Shown in pieces: positions 62,956-64,000 of a stretch of 64,000 bases of DNA. Location: positions 2,112,001 to 2,176,000 of the forward strand of contig OZ252239.1 of assembly GCA_965249485.1 (NCBI GenBank), given 5' to 3'. Under the pieces are notes generated by a model. That model was not told where the DNA came from, made no database searches, and was given only the letters and a program-made list of their open reading frames with translations. Source of the DNA: a bacterium. GTDB lineage: Bacteria; SM23-31. Within the stretch, counting starts at the first letter, position 1, and each line of letters opens with the position of its first letter. Both the position numbers and the translations under genes were made by a program.

Positions 62956-64000
62956 ATGATGAACCGTAATATAGTTACTCTTCTCAGCTTTATATTATTG
63001 ACTTTACCAATTGAGCAGTCTGTTGCTCAACAGGACAAACAGGTTTTTCTGCCCGTTGCAGACTCTTTATTTCAATCTGTGGAAATGTTGTATCAAACGG
63101 GTCAACTACAAGCGGCGGGAGAAACACTTGGTGTGCTTCAGAGTCTGCCGAGAAATCAGCGTTCTTCAGCGGCACTCTATCTACAAACCCGTTTTGCCCT
63201 TGACAGAGATGATTATGACGAAACAGCCGACCTTCTTGAGCAATTTGCTCATGTTTATCCAGATTCCCGTTATGTACCTTATATGGAGATGATTGAGGCA
63301 GAATTGTTGTATGTAAGAGAGCTTTATGTTTTTTCCCTTGAGAAATTGCTGGGCATAATTGTCCATGTTGATGATGCTGAAATCGAAAATCGTGCAGCCC
63401 GGAAATTCCTGGAAATATTCGATAATGGAATTCCCGAAGTACTTTATGATAATTTTATAGCATTATATGATAACGATGTCACAAAGGAGTTAAATCTTTT
63501 AAAAAAAGCGCAACTACACTACTATGCTGGTTTGTATGATGAAGTCATTAATGATTTAGAACAAATTTCACTCGGGGATGTGTTTTTACCAATTGGCGAG
63601 GCAGCATCGAATTTACGTTCACTCATGAATGATATAATGAATGCAGAGCGATTCATTGCCGTTCTCTTTCCGTTTAACGGTGAATATGCAGAGCGGGGGA
63701 GAAAGTTATATTACGGTGCACAGGTTGCCTTAAAGAAAAAGCAAGATGTATTGCCTCATTCTATTTCTATAAAAGCGATTGATACACGTGCAAGCATAAG
63801 GGAATTTCCGGAACTTCTGCAGAAAATCGCAGACGACAAATCAATAATTGCAGTTATCGGTCCGGTTGTGCAAGAGCTCAGACTTTTGGCAAGCACACTC
63901 GCCCCGTTTTATGAGTTACCCATCATCATACCCGGTAATAACGAGTCAAGTAATGGAATAGGTAACGACTATGTATATCAAATAAAAGGTTCGAAAAGCA
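62956..64000 (+). CDS. Exported TPR plus periplasmic-binding-fold protein (LpoA-like), runs off the window end
   Basis: Manually translated open frame from ATG 62956: signal peptide, TPR-like YPDSRY, IAVLFPFNGEYAERG, IDT, AVIGPV. Confidence 0.7.
   Translation, partial: MMNRNIVTLLSFILLTLPIEQSVAQQDKQVFLPVADSLFQSVEMLYQTGQLQAAGETLGVLQSLPRNQRSSAALYLQTRFALDRDDYDETADLLEQFAHVYPDSRYVPYMEMIEAELLYVRELYVFSLEKLLGIIVHVDDAEIENRAARKFLEIFDNGIPEVLYDNFIALYDNDVTKELNLLKKAQLHYYAGLYDEVINDLEQISLGDVFLPIGEAASNLRSLMNDIMNAERFIAVLFPFNGEYAERGRKLYYGAQVALKKKQDVLPHSISIKAIDTRASIREFPELLQKIADDKSIIAVIGPVVQELRLLASTLAPFYELPIIIPGNNESSNGIGNDYVYQIKGSKS

Noticed and set aside
381..63366. Numerous 60-230 aa ORFs antisense to or nested in the called genes (e.g. 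18512-19204, 13877-14422, 59702-60262, 63011-63292)
   Set aside because: They overlap well-supported genes and show no recognisable motifs
1..64000. CRISPR arrays, cas genes, tRNA/rRNA, transposases, integrases or phage genes
   Set aside because: No regularly spaced repeats or diagnostic motifs seen by eye; very degenerate elements could be missed

Overview
Bacterial chromosomal window with AT-rich intergenic regions. A SusC/SusD pair and porX-tsaE, together with consensus sigma70 promoters, Shine-Dalgarno sites and a large Alu-type SRP RNA, suggest a non-Bacteroidetes FCB-group lineage (inference). It has three parts. (1) 0.1-22.7 kb is an accessory peptide/organic-scavenging region: a SusC/SusD-like pair flanked by duplicated Tat-exported UxuA-like genes, duplicated lipocalin-like lipoproteins, M28/M24/M29-like peptidases, DUF3179 and several decayed gene fragments. 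(2) 22.9-51.3 kb is a large non-hydrolytic (3-keto) glycoside catabolism region with five Gfo/Idh/MocA, two TIM-barrel, two DUF1080 and two ThuA-like domains, a HEAT-repeat protein and MFS/SSS transporters. Its main 13-gene minus-strand operon also embeds a heptaheme cytochrome c, a cytochrome b-like protein, a discoidin protein, a TIGR03663-like GT-C, ApbE and a polyprenol-P-sugar synthase. A half-TPP-like leader precedes a divergent amidohydrolase. (3) 51.6-64 kb is housekeeping: methyltransferase, DtxR-family regulator, ffs-dnaX-ybaB-recR, porX-tsaE-tsaB-rimI-accD-surE-guaA and a truncated LpoA-like gene. Several genes carry 1-bp frameshifts. No CRISPR array, tRNA, rRNA, transposase or reverse transcriptase was seen. 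All family calls come from motif recognition by eye, not database searches.
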